Origin: Mollicutes bacterium
Lineage (GTDB): Bacteria > Bacillota_I > Bacilli_A > RF39 > UBA660
Direction of reading: 5' to 3'
Length of the DNA stretch: 62,277 bases
NCBI GenBank assembly: GCA_012799635.1
Contig: JAAZKW010000028.1
Span: 1-62,277 of the forward strand
Below the pieces are notes generated by a model. The model worked only from the letters and a program-made list of their open reading frames with translations. It did no database searches and was not told where the DNA came from. The translations under genes were made by a program, and so were the position numbers. Below are positions 40,314-49,906 of the stretch, one piece after another (the stretch's first letter is position 1; each line of letters opens with the position of its first letter).

Positions 40314-40384
40314 TATTCCGTTATAACTTTAATTGGAATTAACATATATCATTTACCTCCTTAATAATATTTTATCATATATAA
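40314..40384. repeat. 71-bp direct repeat copy 2 (orphan dnaE 5' end encoding MLIPIKVITE*)
   Basis: Matches 35386-35456. Confidence 0.92.
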
Positions 40385-40410
40385 AAATTTTATAAATATA
40401 AAGTACATCT

Positions 40411-40692
40411 TTAATTAAAATGTTTTTTATATCTAGATTGAATTCTTTTCTGATTTGAATTTCTTTCAAGTATTGTTCCACGAATATTATTACATACCTC
40501 TTTATTAATTGCTATCCTTGAGTCAAAAACTAAAACTATCATATTATCATCTGTAATATTAATAACTTTTATGATTGAAGATGGAATAAAACCCAAGTTT
40601 TGCAAACGCCTTTTTTCTGCTTCAGCACCATCTAAATATCTAATAATAAACTGATCATTTATATTACAGTCATTTAATTTATTTATAATCAT
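40411..40692 (-). CDS. feoA: FeoA-family protein
   Basis: KRRLQNLGFIPSSIIKVI...SRIAI. Confidence 0.8.
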   Translation of the reverse strand: MIINKLNDCNINDQFIIRYLDGAEAEKRRLQNLGFIPSSIIKVINITDDNMIVLVFDSRIAINKEVCNNIRGTILERNSNQKRIQSRYKKHFN

Positions 40693-40818
40693 ATCCTAAA
40701 CCTCCAACTATTTTAACAAATTTTTAATAAAAAGATGTTTCCACTATTAATGAAAACATCTAGTAAAATTCAATAATCAATATTTAAGTTATCAATTATT
40801 TTTAATAGATAAAAGTCT

Positions 40819-41424
40819 TTATAATACAGCTCGTAATCTTACATGTGGGTCTTTATCCCTTATTTTTAACTCACGTTTAACTGTTTTCAATAATAATTCA
40901 AATTCCTGTATCTTATTATTCAAAATTCTAATTTGTATTAAAAGCTCCTTTTCTTCTGCTTTCGACTCTGCACATTCTTTTGAGTTACGTAAAATATCAT
41001 CATAGGAATCTCCGCTGTTAACCTCAAAACGCATATCACATCTTTCACATAAATGTTCACATAAATCATTATATACCTTTTTGCAGTCTTCTAATCGCTT
41101 CTCATATGATTTAATAATATTTAAAATCGTGGCTTTTTCTTCATCCGTTAAAATTCTATCATGATTAACTAGATATACGTTCCCAGTATTTACATCATAT
41201 TCTACAATATTCCCAAGAACAAAGTTGTTTGAACCTAAAGTATTAAAATTAATTTTCTCACAAACTTCTCCATCAAGATCACTAACACTAACAGTACCTA
41301 TAACAAGTCTCAAATTCGAATCATCAAGTTGTTCAATTACACTTTTATTAGCAAATTCAAAATAACTTTCAGGAGTAATTTCCTCGTTATAAGGAATTAA
41401 TCTACTTATTACTCCAATTTTCAT
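40819..41424 (-). CDS. Array paralog 4 (most divergent), hypothetical
   Basis: MKIGVIS start, TGNV, LTDEEK, NKIQEFELLL. Confidence 0.8.
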   Translation of the reverse strand: MKIGVISRLIPYNEEITPESYFEFANKSVIEQLDDSNLRLVIGTVSVSDLDGEVCEKINFNTLGSNNFVLGNIVEYDVNTGNVYLVNHDRILTDEEKATILNIIKSYEKRLEDCKKVYNDLCEHLCERCDMRFEVNSGDSYDDILRNSKECAESKAEEKELLIQIRILNNKIQEFELLLKTVKRELKIRDKDPHVRLRAVL

Positions 41425-41548
41425 ATTTTCCTCCCTATAAATATTTTAGCATATATAATATTTTATTCAAATAAAAAAGATGTCTTCACTATTAATGAAA
41501 ACATCTCTTAAAAACTTTTAGAAAAAAAATGTTATTTATCTGGTTTTC

Positions 41549-42190
41549 TTATTTGCCATAATGTTTAAACTTTTTATAAAAAGAATCTAACCTAATCCTA
41601 GCTGTTGTTTTTTCTTCCTCTGTTTCAGCTCTTTTTTCTAAAATTGTTGCAAGTTTTATTAATAACACTTCTTCTATTTCTCTTATTTTATAATCCAGCA
41701 ACTTATTAAACTCAAGATCATCATCTCTTTTTGCTTTTAAAGTTTTATATTTTTCCCAATTATTATTAACATCTTCAGGTGTCACCCCCAAATCTACATG
41801 ATAAAGCTCAATGTCATCATCTACTTTACGCCTCAAGCCCTTATAAGTGCGTAACATTTTTTGATACACTTCAATTAAAACTAAAACCTGCTTTTTTTCA
41901 TCATCTGTAAAAGGTCTGAAGTCTCCATAACCATATACATCCTTTGGGCTTTCATCAAGTGAAAATACTTCGCCAGTTTCTTCGTTAAATTTTATAACTT
42001 CGCCAAAGTAATGAGGTTTTGAAAAAAATTTTTCATATACTATTCCAGTATTTAAATTTCCTTTGCTATCAACAAAACTAATAATTAACTCCATAGGCAA
42101 ATGTCCATATGAGTCAGATATGCATTTAAAATATTCGTCAACAGTAGGATCCCATGCATAGGATATTCCGCTTATAACTCCAATTTTCAT
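41549..42190 (-). CDS. Array paralog 3, hypothetical
   Basis: MKIGVISG, FGEVI, TGEVFSLDE, LDYKIREIE. Confidence 0.8.
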   Translation of the reverse strand: MKIGVISGISYAWDPTVDEYFKCISDSYGHLPMELIISFVDSKGNLNTGIVYEKFFSKPHYFGEVIKFNEETGEVFSLDESPKDVYGYGDFRPFTDDEKKQVLVLIEVYQKMLRTYKGLRRKVDDDIELYHVDLGVTPEDVNNNWEKYKTLKAKRDDDLEFNKLLDYKIREIEEVLLIKLATILEKRAETEEEKTTARIRLDSFYKKFKHYGK

Positions 42191-42285
42191 ATTTTCCTCC
42201 TTGCAAACATTATAGCATACATAATATTTTATTTAAATAAAAAGATGTCTTCACTATTAATGAAAACATCTCTTAAAAACTTTAT

Positions 42286-42927
42286 TTATCTAATCCTAGC
42301 CGCTGGTCTTGATGTCCCTATCTTGATTCTTTGTTCTGAAACTGTTATAACTCTTTCTAATAACAACTCTATTTCTCTTATTTTATAATCCAGCATTTTA
42401 TTAAAAGCAATATTATCTGATATTTCTTTTTTTGTTCTTTTAAATTTTTCCCAGTTATTATTGATATCTTTCTTTGTAACCCCAAAATTTACGTGATGAA
42501 TTCTATCGTCAACAGGTATTATACGTTTAGTTTTCCTATAATCAATTAACAATTTTTGATACGCTTGAATTAAAACTAAAACCTGCTTTATTTCATCATC
42601 TGTAAAATTCCTTAAGTTTTCTGGATTACTATAAATATCATCAACGTTCATTGGTTCTTCATCAAGTGACAATACTTCACCAGTTTTTTTGTCATATAAT
42701 ATAACTTCGCCAAAGAAATGACGTTCTGAAGAAAAATTTTTAGTAAATATTTCTGGTTGTAGTCTTCCTATTATATTAACACAACTAATAATTAGTTCAT
42801 CATAACAAATCCTAGGTGTTAAAGGCTTAATCATTTCTTCATAATATGTTTGTTCATCAATAACCTTTCCAACACAATCCCAGTACCACAAGTACCGGTT
42901 GAATCCGCTTATAACTCCAATTTTCAT
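42286..42927 (-). CDS. Array paralog 2, hypothetical
   Basis: MKIGVISG, HFFGEVILYD, LDYKIREIE. Confidence 0.8.
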   Translation of the reverse strand: MKIGVISGFNRYLWYWDCVGKVIDEQTYYEEMIKPLTPRICYDELIISCVNIIGRLQPEIFTKNFSSERHFFGEVILYDKKTGEVLSLDEEPMNVDDIYSNPENLRNFTDDEIKQVLVLIQAYQKLLIDYRKTKRIIPVDDRIHHVNFGVTKKDINNNWEKFKRTKKEISDNIAFNKMLDYKIREIELLLERVITVSEQRIKIGTSRPAARIR

Positions 42928-43022
42928 ATTTTCCTCCCTGCAAATATTATAGCATACATAATATTTTATTTAAATAAAAAAGATGTCTTCACTATTAATG
43001 AAAACATCTCCTAAAAAACTTT

Positions 43023-43673
43023 TCAAAGAGAATTAAATCTAATCCTAGCTATAGAGCTTGTGTTCTCAATTCTTCTTTTTGAAATTGTTATAACTCTTTT
43101 TAATAACAACTTTATTTCTCTTATTTTATAATCCAGCATTTTATTATATTCAAGATCATTTTCTCTTTGTGCTTTTAACTGCTTGTGTTTTTTCCAGTTA
43201 TTATCAATATCTCTCTTTTTCCCCCCAAAATCTGCGAAATGAATTTTACTGTCATCAAATATTATACGCTTGCTTTTTTCATAATTACTTAACCTTTCTT
43301 TATACGCTTGAATTAAAACTACAACCTGCGCTAATTCAACATCTGTAAAATTAATTAATTTTTCTGGATGACAGTCAATATCATCAAGGTTCATTGGTTC
43401 TTCATCAAGTGACAATACTTCACCAGTTTCTTTGTCATATAATATAACTTCGCCAAAAAAATGACGTTTTGAAGAAAAGTTTTTAGTAAGTATTTGTGTT
43501 TGTAGGTTTCCTTTTCCATCAACATAACTAATCATTAGATGATCATAATGAAGCTCAGGTGTTAAAGGCTCAATCATTTTTTCATAATATGTTTGTTCAT
43601 CAATAATAACCCCTCCAATACTACCTCCAAACCACCAGTACCGACATAACCCGCTTATAACTCCAATTTCCAT
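43023..43673 (-). CDS. Array paralog 1, hypothetical
   Basis: Start reassigned to ATG 43673 (MEIGVISG) by homology and RBS. Confidence 0.8.
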   Translation of the reverse strand: MEIGVISGLCRYWWFGGSIGGVIIDEQTYYEKMIEPLTPELHYDHLMISYVDGKGNLQTQILTKNFSSKRHFFGEVILYDKETGEVLSLDEEPMNLDDIDCHPEKLINFTDVELAQVVVLIQAYKERLSNYEKSKRIIFDDSKIHFADFGGKKRDIDNNWKKHKQLKAQRENDLEYNKMLDYKIREIKLLLKRVITISKRRIENTSSIARIRFNSL

Positions 43674-43714
43674 ATTTTCCTCCCTACAAATATTATAGCA
43701 TACATAATATTTAA

Positions 43715-43743
43715 TTGACAACTCCTTATTATTTTGATAAACT
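43715..43743 (+). promoter_or_regulatory. rpmB promoter, divergent from the array promoter
   Basis: TTGACA-N17-TAAACT with TG extension. Confidence 0.55.
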
Positions 43744-43766
43744 TATACCGACTAGGAGGTATATTC

Positions 43767-43937
43767 ATGGCTACTAAAGTAACAACAAAAAAACCTTTAA
43801 AAGGTAATAGACGTTCTCATGCACTTAATAAAACTAAAAGGGCGCAAAAACCAAACTTACAAAAGAAAACCATTGATGGTGAAAAAATAATAACTTCTGC
43901 AAGAGAAGCTAGAACCTTTAGAAAAGAAGAAAAGTAA
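43767..43937 (+). CDS. rpmB: 50S ribosomal protein L28 (Cys-free type)
   Basis: KKPLKGNRRSHALNKTKRAQKPNLQ; ATG 43767 after AGGAGG. Confidence 0.93.
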   Translation: MATKVTTKKPLKGNRRSHALNKTKRAQKPNLQKKTIDGEKIITSAREARTFRKEEK

Positions 43938-43957
43938 AGCTGCAAATAATGCGGTTT

Positions 43958-45448
43958 TTATTTTGATGAATATATTCTTGTTCTAATAGTTTTTGAAGCT
44001 TCAATATCTTGATATTTAAAATTAGTAATTTCATTATGAAGAGCAAATCTTACTGTATCATCACTTCTAAGTATTTTATTAAATGGTACTATTTTATTAT
44101 TTACAAGAACAAATGATGTATGCCTAAAAGCATCCTCTCCTATGGCAGCTAAATAATCGATAATATTGGAATTAACTGGTAAATCAACAACATCTCCATT
44201 CATATCATTATATACATATATTCTACCCATAAAAAGTTCTTGATATAATTGTTCTACATACATTTGGTTATCACCATAATATTCATCAATATCTTTTAAA
44301 GTTTGAAAAAAACTATAATTTTCTTGCAATGTTTTTTGAATACTTTCTTTATTATTATTTCCATCATAATATCTAATGATACCCCTAAGATTATTTTGAT
44401 CCATTTCATAAGTTTTTATTCTGGCTTGGACAAGATGATTACATGGCCCAAATAAAGTTGTATGAATTGCAGAATACATATTAGTTTTAGGATCACGAAT
44501 ATGGTCTTTAATTAGATTTTTTTTATGCTTATATAACTGATGAATCTCGCCTAAAGTAACATAACAATCCCCAATACTATTAACTAATATCTTTAAAGCT
44601 ATTAAATCATTGATTTCTTGTAATTCTTTACCCTGACGTTGTAGTTCATAAATGTTACTAACATTTTTAAAGCGTTCTATTATCTTAAAATTCATTTTTA
44701 TATTATATAACACTTCTGCATGCTGTAATCTTTCAGAAATAGCACATGTCATTGTTTTTAAAATATGATCATGTTTTTCATTAAGACTATTTAATTTAGT
44801 TGTAATAGATAAAAACTTATTAGGATTTAAATATTTAAAAGCAAGGTCATTTAATTCATCGCGAATATAATATGCTCCGATAAAATTTGCAAGAGGAACA
44901 TATATTTCTTTTGTCTCTTCGGCTTTAAGAATTTGTTTTTCAGATGGCATATATTTTAAAGTTAACATGTTATGAAGTCTGTCTGCAAGTTTAACGATTA
45001 TAACCCTAGCATCTTTATCAATATATCGCATCAGTTTTCTTAAATTAGCATAATCAAGATCCTTCATTGACTTATATTCTTCATTTGGAAACTTTGATAC
45101 GCCTTCAACTAAAAGATATATTTCTTCACCAAGACTTTCTCCGAAAACTTCAATAATATTATCTTTAGTACAACAAGTATCTTCGATAACATCATGCAAA
45201 AGACCAGCACAAAGCATTGTTGTATCTGCTTTCATATGAGCTAAAATAATAGCTACACAAAGAGGATGCGTTATATATGGAGTTCCTTCTTTTCGTTTTT
45301 GTCCTTCATGGAATTTTTGTGCCAATAAATATGCCTTATTAACATTAGTTTTAGTTTCCAAATTATAAGAATTTACTTTTTCATTAAGTATTTTAAATAA
45401 TTTTTCTTCACTAACTATTTCGATAATCAGTTCATATAAATTTTTCAC
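43958..45448 (-). CDS. RelA/SpoT homolog (HD, degenerate synthetase, TGS; no ACT domain)
   Basis: HEGQKRKEGTPYITHP, LLHDVIED, KLADRLHN, DLIALKI, PKTNMYSAIHTT, VQARIKT; likely GTG start at 45448. Confidence 0.85.
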   Translation of the reverse strand: MKNLYELIIEIVSEEKLFKILNEKVNSYNLETKTNVNKAYLLAQKFHEGQKRKEGTPYITHPLCVAIILAHMKADTTMLCAGLLHDVIEDTCCTKDNIIEVFGESLGEEIYLLVEGVSKFPNEEYKSMKDLDYANLRKLMRYIDKDARVIIVKLADRLHNMLTLKYMPSEKQILKAEETKEIYVPLANFIGAYYIRDELNDLAFKYLNPNKFLSITTKLNSLNEKHDHILKTMTCAISERLQHAEVLYNIKMNFKIIERFKNVSNIYELQRQGKELQEINDLIALKILVNSIGDCYVTLGEIHQLYKHKKNLIKDHIRDPKTNMYSAIHTTLFGPCNHLVQARIKTYEMDQNNLRGIIRYYDGNNNKESIQKTLQENYSFFQTLKDIDEYYGDNQMYVEQLYQELFMGRIYVYNDMNGDVVDLPVNSNIIDYLAAIGEDAFRHTSFVLVNNKIVPFNKILRSDDTVRFALHNEITNFKYQDIEASKTIRTRIYSSK

Positions 45449-45594
45449 ATTAACTCCTTTCTTAAAATATAAAAAACAACCAATATGTGATTGCTTTGTA
45501 ACTATCGTTTTTGCCAAAATCCCCACATATCCTGTTAATTCATACTATCATTTTATATTATTTAATATAAAAATGCAAGAATTTAAAAAAGTAT

Positions 45595-47706
45595 CTAGTT
45601 TTTATTAGATACTTTTATTATAAATTCATTATCATAATCAATAACTAATTTATCATTTTCATGTATTTTTTCTTCAACTAAAGATTTAGCAATCAATGTT
45701 TCAATATTTTTAGTAACATACCTTTTAATAGGTCTTGCACCAAACTCTTTTTCATAAGCATCATTAATGATTTTATCTTTAGCTTTATTTGTCAACACAA
45801 CATTTAAATTAACATGTCTTAAGTTTTCATTAAGAACTTCAATTATTCTATCCAAAACCTTAACAATTACTTCTTTAGATAAAGAATTAAAGACAACTAT
45901 TTCGTCTATTCTATTGATAAGTTCTGGCCTAAACTTTGATTTTAAAATATTTAGCACTAAATCATTTTTATTTTCTTCTTTACTATTTAAAATAATTTCT
46001 GATCCTAAATTAGATGTCATAATAATAATGGTATTTTTAAAATCAATTAATCTTCCTTTAGCATCAGTAATTCTTCCATCATCAAGTATCTGAAGTAAAA
46101 TATTAAAAACATCAGGATGAGCTTTTTCTATTTCATCAAATAATACTATTGAATATGGGTTTCTTCTTACAGCTTCGGTTAATTCTCCGCCTTCATCATA
46201 ACCAACATAACCCGGAGGAGCTCCAACTAACCTTGATACATTAAACGCTTCCATATATTCGGAGCAGTCTATTCTAATCATATGTTTTTCATCATCAAAA
46301 AGTTCATAAGCAAGTGATTTGGCAACTTCAGTTTTACCTACTCCAGTTGGCCCCATAAAAATAAAGGAACCAATTGGTCTTTTAGGGTCTTTAATCCCAC
46401 TCCTTGCCCTTATAATAGCATTTGTTACAAGTTTAATTGCTTCATCTTGACCTTTAACACGTTTTTTAAGATTATCTTCAAGTGATAATAATTTAGCTTT
46501 TTCACCACCAACAAGCTTAGCTATTGGAACATTAGTCCAACGTGAAACAATTTCAGCAATTAAGTTTTCATCAACGGTATCCGATAATATTTGATTTTGC
46601 ATAGCAAGTTTAGCTTGGGAAAGTTCCATTTCTATTTGAGGTATTTTTCCATGTTTTATTTCGGCAGCTTTTGTTAAATCATATTCATTTTCAGCCCTTT
46701 CTAAAGCAAATTTCAATTCTTCCAGCTCAGCTTTTTTAGTATTTATTTCTTCTTTTAGTTTTTTCTCTTCTTCCCATGTCTTTTGATATTCCTTTTGCTT
46801 TATTTTTAAATCTTCCATCTTGTTAGCAATATCTACTACTTTAGATTTAGATACTTCATCTTTTTCTTTTTTTAATGCTTCATATTCTATTTCTAAAGTC
46901 ATAAGACTTCTATTTATTTCATCAAGTGATGCAGGAACAGAATTTGCTTGCATTTTAATAGTAGCACATGCCTCATCAACTAAATCTATTGCTTTATCTG
47001 GTAAGAAACGATCTGTAATATATCTATTTGATAAATTAACTGCTGCAACTAAAGCTCCATCTTTTATAGTTACACCATGAAAGACTTCAAATCTTTCTTT
47101 TAAACCCCTTAGTATAGTAAGCGTATCAACATCACTAGGCTCTTTTATTAAAATCTTTTGTAATCTTCTTTCTAAAGCTCCATCTTTTTCAATATATTCA
47201 CGATACTCATTTAAAGTAGTTGCTCCAATAAGGCGCATTTCACCTCTAGCAAGCATTGGTTTTAACATATTTCCAACATTCATTGCTGAAGAAGAACCTG
47301 CTCCGGTTATCATATGTATTTCATCAATAAACATAATAATATTTCCATCTGAAGATTCTATTTCCTTTAAAACTGCTTTAAATCTTTCTTCAAATTCACC
47401 TTGATATTTTGCTCCAGCTATTAAAGCAGATAAATCAAGCTCCCATATCTTTTTATTTTTTAAATCACTTGGAACATCGCCTTTATTAATTCTTTGAGCA
47501 AGGCCTTCAACAATAGCAGTTTTACCTACCCCAGCCTCTCCAATTAAACAAGGATTATTTTTTGTTTTACGTGATAAAATCCTAATTAAATTGCGTATCT
47601 CTTCATCTCTTCCTATAACAGGATCAATTTTATTATTAGAGGCAAGATAAGTAATATCTCTTCCAAATTTTTCAAGTGGGTTTGTATTTGTATCTTCTAT
47701 ATTCAT
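45595..47706 (-). CDS. clpB: ClpB chaperone lacking the N-terminal Clp-repeat domain
   Basis: [17 protein letters not shown], coiled-coil M-domain, [18 protein letters not shown]. Confidence 0.93.
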   Translation of the reverse strand: MNIEDTNTNPLEKFGRDITYLASNNKIDPVIGRDEEIRNLIRILSRKTKNNPCLIGEAGVGKTAIVEGLAQRINKGDVPSDLKNKKIWELDLSALIAGAKYQGEFEERFKAVLKEIESSDGNIIMFIDEIHMITGAGSSSAMNVGNMLKPMLARGEMRLIGATTLNEYREYIEKDGALERRLQKILIKEPSDVDTLTILRGLKERFEVFHGVTIKDGALVAAVNLSNRYITDRFLPDKAIDLVDEACATIKMQANSVPASLDEINRSLMTLEIEYEALKKEKDEVSKSKVVDIANKMEDLKIKQKEYQKTWEEEKKLKEEINTKKAELEELKFALERAENEYDLTKAAEIKHGKIPQIEMELSQAKLAMQNQILSDTVDENLIAEIVSRWTNVPIAKLVGGEKAKLLSLEDNLKKRVKGQDEAIKLVTNAIIRARSGIKDPKRPIGSFIFMGPTGVGKTEVAKSLAYELFDDEKHMIRIDCSEYMEAFNVSRLVGAPPGYVGYDEGGELTEAVRRNPYSIVLFDEIEKAHPDVFNILLQILDDGRITDAKGRLIDFKNTIIIMTSNLGSEIILNSKEENKNDLVLNILKSKFRPELINRIDEIVVFNSLSKEVIVKVLDRIIEVLNENLRHVNLNVVLTNKAKDKIINDAYEKEFGARPIKRYVTKNIETLIAKSLVEEKIHENDKLVIDYDNEFIIKVSNKN

Positions 47707-47731
47707 AAATCCTCCCTTTCTATTAACCAAA

Positions 47732-47755
47732 AACTAGTGAAATAATTCACTAGTT
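47732..47755 (-). terminator. Hairpin between hsp20 and clpB
   Basis: AACTAGTGAA-N4-TTCACTAGTT followed by T residues on the minus strand. Confidence 0.6.
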
Positions 47756-47760
47756 CGTTA

Positions 47761-48156
47761 TTATTTTATATTAATATATTTTTTAGTTGAATCTTCTTTT
47801 GGAACTGTTACAAATAATGTACCATTTTTAAATTCTGCCTTAACATCTTCTTCTTTGACATTTCCAACATAGACTTGTCTTTCACATTTTTCATGATATT
47901 TTCTTTCGCGATGTAAATATTTTTTACTGTCCTCTTCTTTTTCTTCTGAACGTCTTTCAGCATGAATTGTTAAATAACCATTTGTAATATCCATTTTAAT
48001 ATCTTCTTTTTTAAATCCTGGAACATCTACTTCAATAGTATATAAACCATCCTTTTCATAAATGTCCATTCGCATTAAATTTTTAAAACTCCTAGTACTA
48101 AAATCAGAATCATCTAAAAAACTATCAAATAATAATCTGCTTGGTAACATATACAT
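47761..48156 (-). CDS. Hsp20/alpha-crystallin small heat-shock protein
   Basis: MRMDIYE, VDVPGFKKEDI, YLHRER, AEFKNGTLFVTVPK. Confidence 0.93.
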   Translation of the reverse strand: MYMLPSRLLFDSFLDDSDFSTRSFKNLMRMDIYEKDGLYTIEVDVPGFKKEDIKMDITNGYLTIHAERRSEEKEEDSKKYLHRERKYHEKCERQVYVGNVKEEDVKAEFKNGTLFVTVPKEDSTKKYINIK

Positions 48157-48177
48157 TCCTTCCTTTCATATAACCTA

Positions 48178-48220
48178 ATTATATAACAACAATTAGCACT
48201 TGTCAACCCTTGAGTGCTAA
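48178..48220 (-). promoter_or_regulatory. Sigma-A promoter overlapped by a CIRCE-like HrcA operator
   Basis: Minus strand TTAGCACTC-N10-AAGTGCTAA (48220-48193) overlapping TTGACA-N17-TATAAT. Confidence 0.85.
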
Positions 48221-49906
48221 TTATTGTTTTTTATATAATTCCCGATATTTCCTTGATGTTTTCATTAATGTTTTATGATCTCCAGAAGCAATTATATTAC
48301 CCTCCTCTAATAAAAATATCTTTTTAGCATCAATAATTGTAGATAAACGATGAGCTATAGTAATAACCACTCGGTCTTTAGAAACAGCTTTAATTGCTTC
48401 TTGAACTTCTTCCTGAGTCTTATTATCCAAAGCGCTAGTTGCTTCATCAAATAATATAATCTTACTATTTTTAAGAAGTGCTCTTGCAATAGCAAGTCTT
48501 TGCTTTTGCCCACCCGAAAGTTTTACTCCACCTTCTCCTATTATTTGATCATATCCCTTTGGAAAAGATTTAATATATTCATCAATTCTAGCAATCTTAC
48601 ATACTCTAATAATATCTTCCTTTGTTGCTTTATTATTAACTAATTTCAAATTATCTTTAATAGATAAATTAAATAAATAGGGATTTTGACTTATTATTGA
48701 AATACTATTATTAAGGGTCTTTTTACTTAATTTCTTTATATCAAATCCATCAATAGTAATTAATCCTTCATAATTATCATAACTTTTAGTAATCAAATTA
48801 AAGATTGTTGTTTTACCAGCACCGCTTTTACCAACAATTGCAACATCTTCATGTGAGGAAATTTTAAAAGATAAGTTATCTATTACTTTTTTATTTTCAT
48901 AAGCAAAACTTACATTTTTAAACTCAATGTCACCCTTTATATTTTCGATTTCTATTACTCCAAAATCTTCAACAGGAAATAGTTTATCATCAAATATTTC
49001 AGCAATTCTGTTTTTAGCAACATTATATTTAATTAAATGTTCTTTTAAAGAAGCATAACTATTAGCAAGCGAGAAAACTTCATTTCGATAAAAAATAACA
49101 ATCAAAAAGTTAGTTAATAAAAGCAGATTGTTTTTAACAAGATAAATTCCTACTGTAAAAACTATAAATGTTATAATTATTTTCATAATTTCAACTAAAA
49201 TAAAGACATTCATACTTGAAAAAGTCAACTTTGTTTCTAATTTTGTAGTATTATCAAGAGCTTCTCCAACATTATGATTAACTTTTTCAGAAATACCTAA
49301 TTGTTTTATATCCTTAATTCCTTTTAAAATTTCATTTATTAATGTACCACTTTTCTCTCGCTCTGCTTTCGTTTCTTTAGAAATCCTCTTATATATTTTA
49401 AATTGTTTTTCACCCAAATAATATATAAGAAATATACCCAAACAAAATATTAAGCCTAAATATATATTTACATATAATATATAAAATAAAATAAATACTT
49501 CAGTTATAATATTAAAAAGATTATATTGAACGATACTAAATACAGAAAAAACATCTTCGGGGTCACTTTTTATTCTTTCTTGAAATTCACCAGTTGTTCT
49601 TTTATCAAAGTTAGAAGTTTTTAGTCTAAATACTCTTTGAACAATATCATATCTTATATCATATAAAAGGGTTTCTTGAATATTTCTTAAAACTTTAGTA
49701 GCAATATATTCTGTAAAAGCCGATAGTATTGAAAGAACTGAAAATAAAGTAATTAAGATATATGTTGCTTTAATATTAAATTCTGTTATACTTACAACCA
49801 TTTTAGCACCCAAAACAGGTCTTACAATATTAAACGCTGAAAGCATTCCATATATAAAGAACATCAATATTATAGGCCCTTTAACTTTTTTTAGATACTT
49901 TTTCAT
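48221..49906 (-). CDS. ABC exporter (fused TMD and NBD)
   Basis: GKSGAGKTT, LSGGQKQRLAIARA, ILFDEATSALD. Confidence 0.93.
   Translation of the reverse strand: MKKYLKKVKGPIILMFFIYGMLSAFNIVRPVLGAKMVVSITEFNIKATYILITLFSVLSILSAFTEYIATKVLRNIQETLLYDIRYDIVQRVFRLKTSNFDKRTTGEFQERIKSDPEDVFSVFSIVQYNLFNIITEVFILFYILYVNIYLGLIFCLGIFLIYYLGEKQFKIYKRISKETKAEREKSGTLINEILKGIKDIKQLGISEKVNHNVGEALDNTTKLETKLTFSSMNVFILVEIMKIIITFIVFTVGIYLVKNNLLLLTNFLIVIFYRNEVFSLANSYASLKEHLIKYNVAKNRIAEIFDDKLFPVEDFGVIEIENIKGDIEFKNVSFAYENKKVIDNLSFKISSHEDVAIVGKSGAGKTTIFNLITKSYDNYEGLITIDGFDIKKLSKKTLNNSISIISQNPYLFNLSIKDNLKLVNNKATKEDIIRVCKIARIDEYIKSFPKGYDQIIGEGGVKLSGGQKQRLAIARALLKNSKIILFDEATSALDNKTQEEVQEAIKAVSKDRVVITIAHRLSTIIDAKKIFLLEEGNIIASGDHKTLMKTSRKYRELYKKQ

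Larger units (their letters stand above)
40733..43711 (-). repeat. Four-unit tandem array (promoter-RBS-gene-terminator)
   Basis: Hairpin agatgt(t/c)t(t/c)cactattaatgaaaacatct at 40733, 41478, 42243 and 42981; shared TGcTA(T/A)AAT..GGAGGAAAATATG upstream of each gene. Confidence 0.92.

Noticed and set aside
40733-43009. Regularly spaced 29-bp palindromic repeats as a CRISPR array or integron attC sites
   Set aside because: Spacing is about 740 bp with paralogous genes between; the hairpins have U-tracts like terminators; no cas gene, integrase or attC core motif is seen.
45595-47706. ClpB as a truncated pseudogene
   Set aside because: Good RBS and both AAA+ modules intact; ClpB lacking the N-domain is known in Mollicutes.
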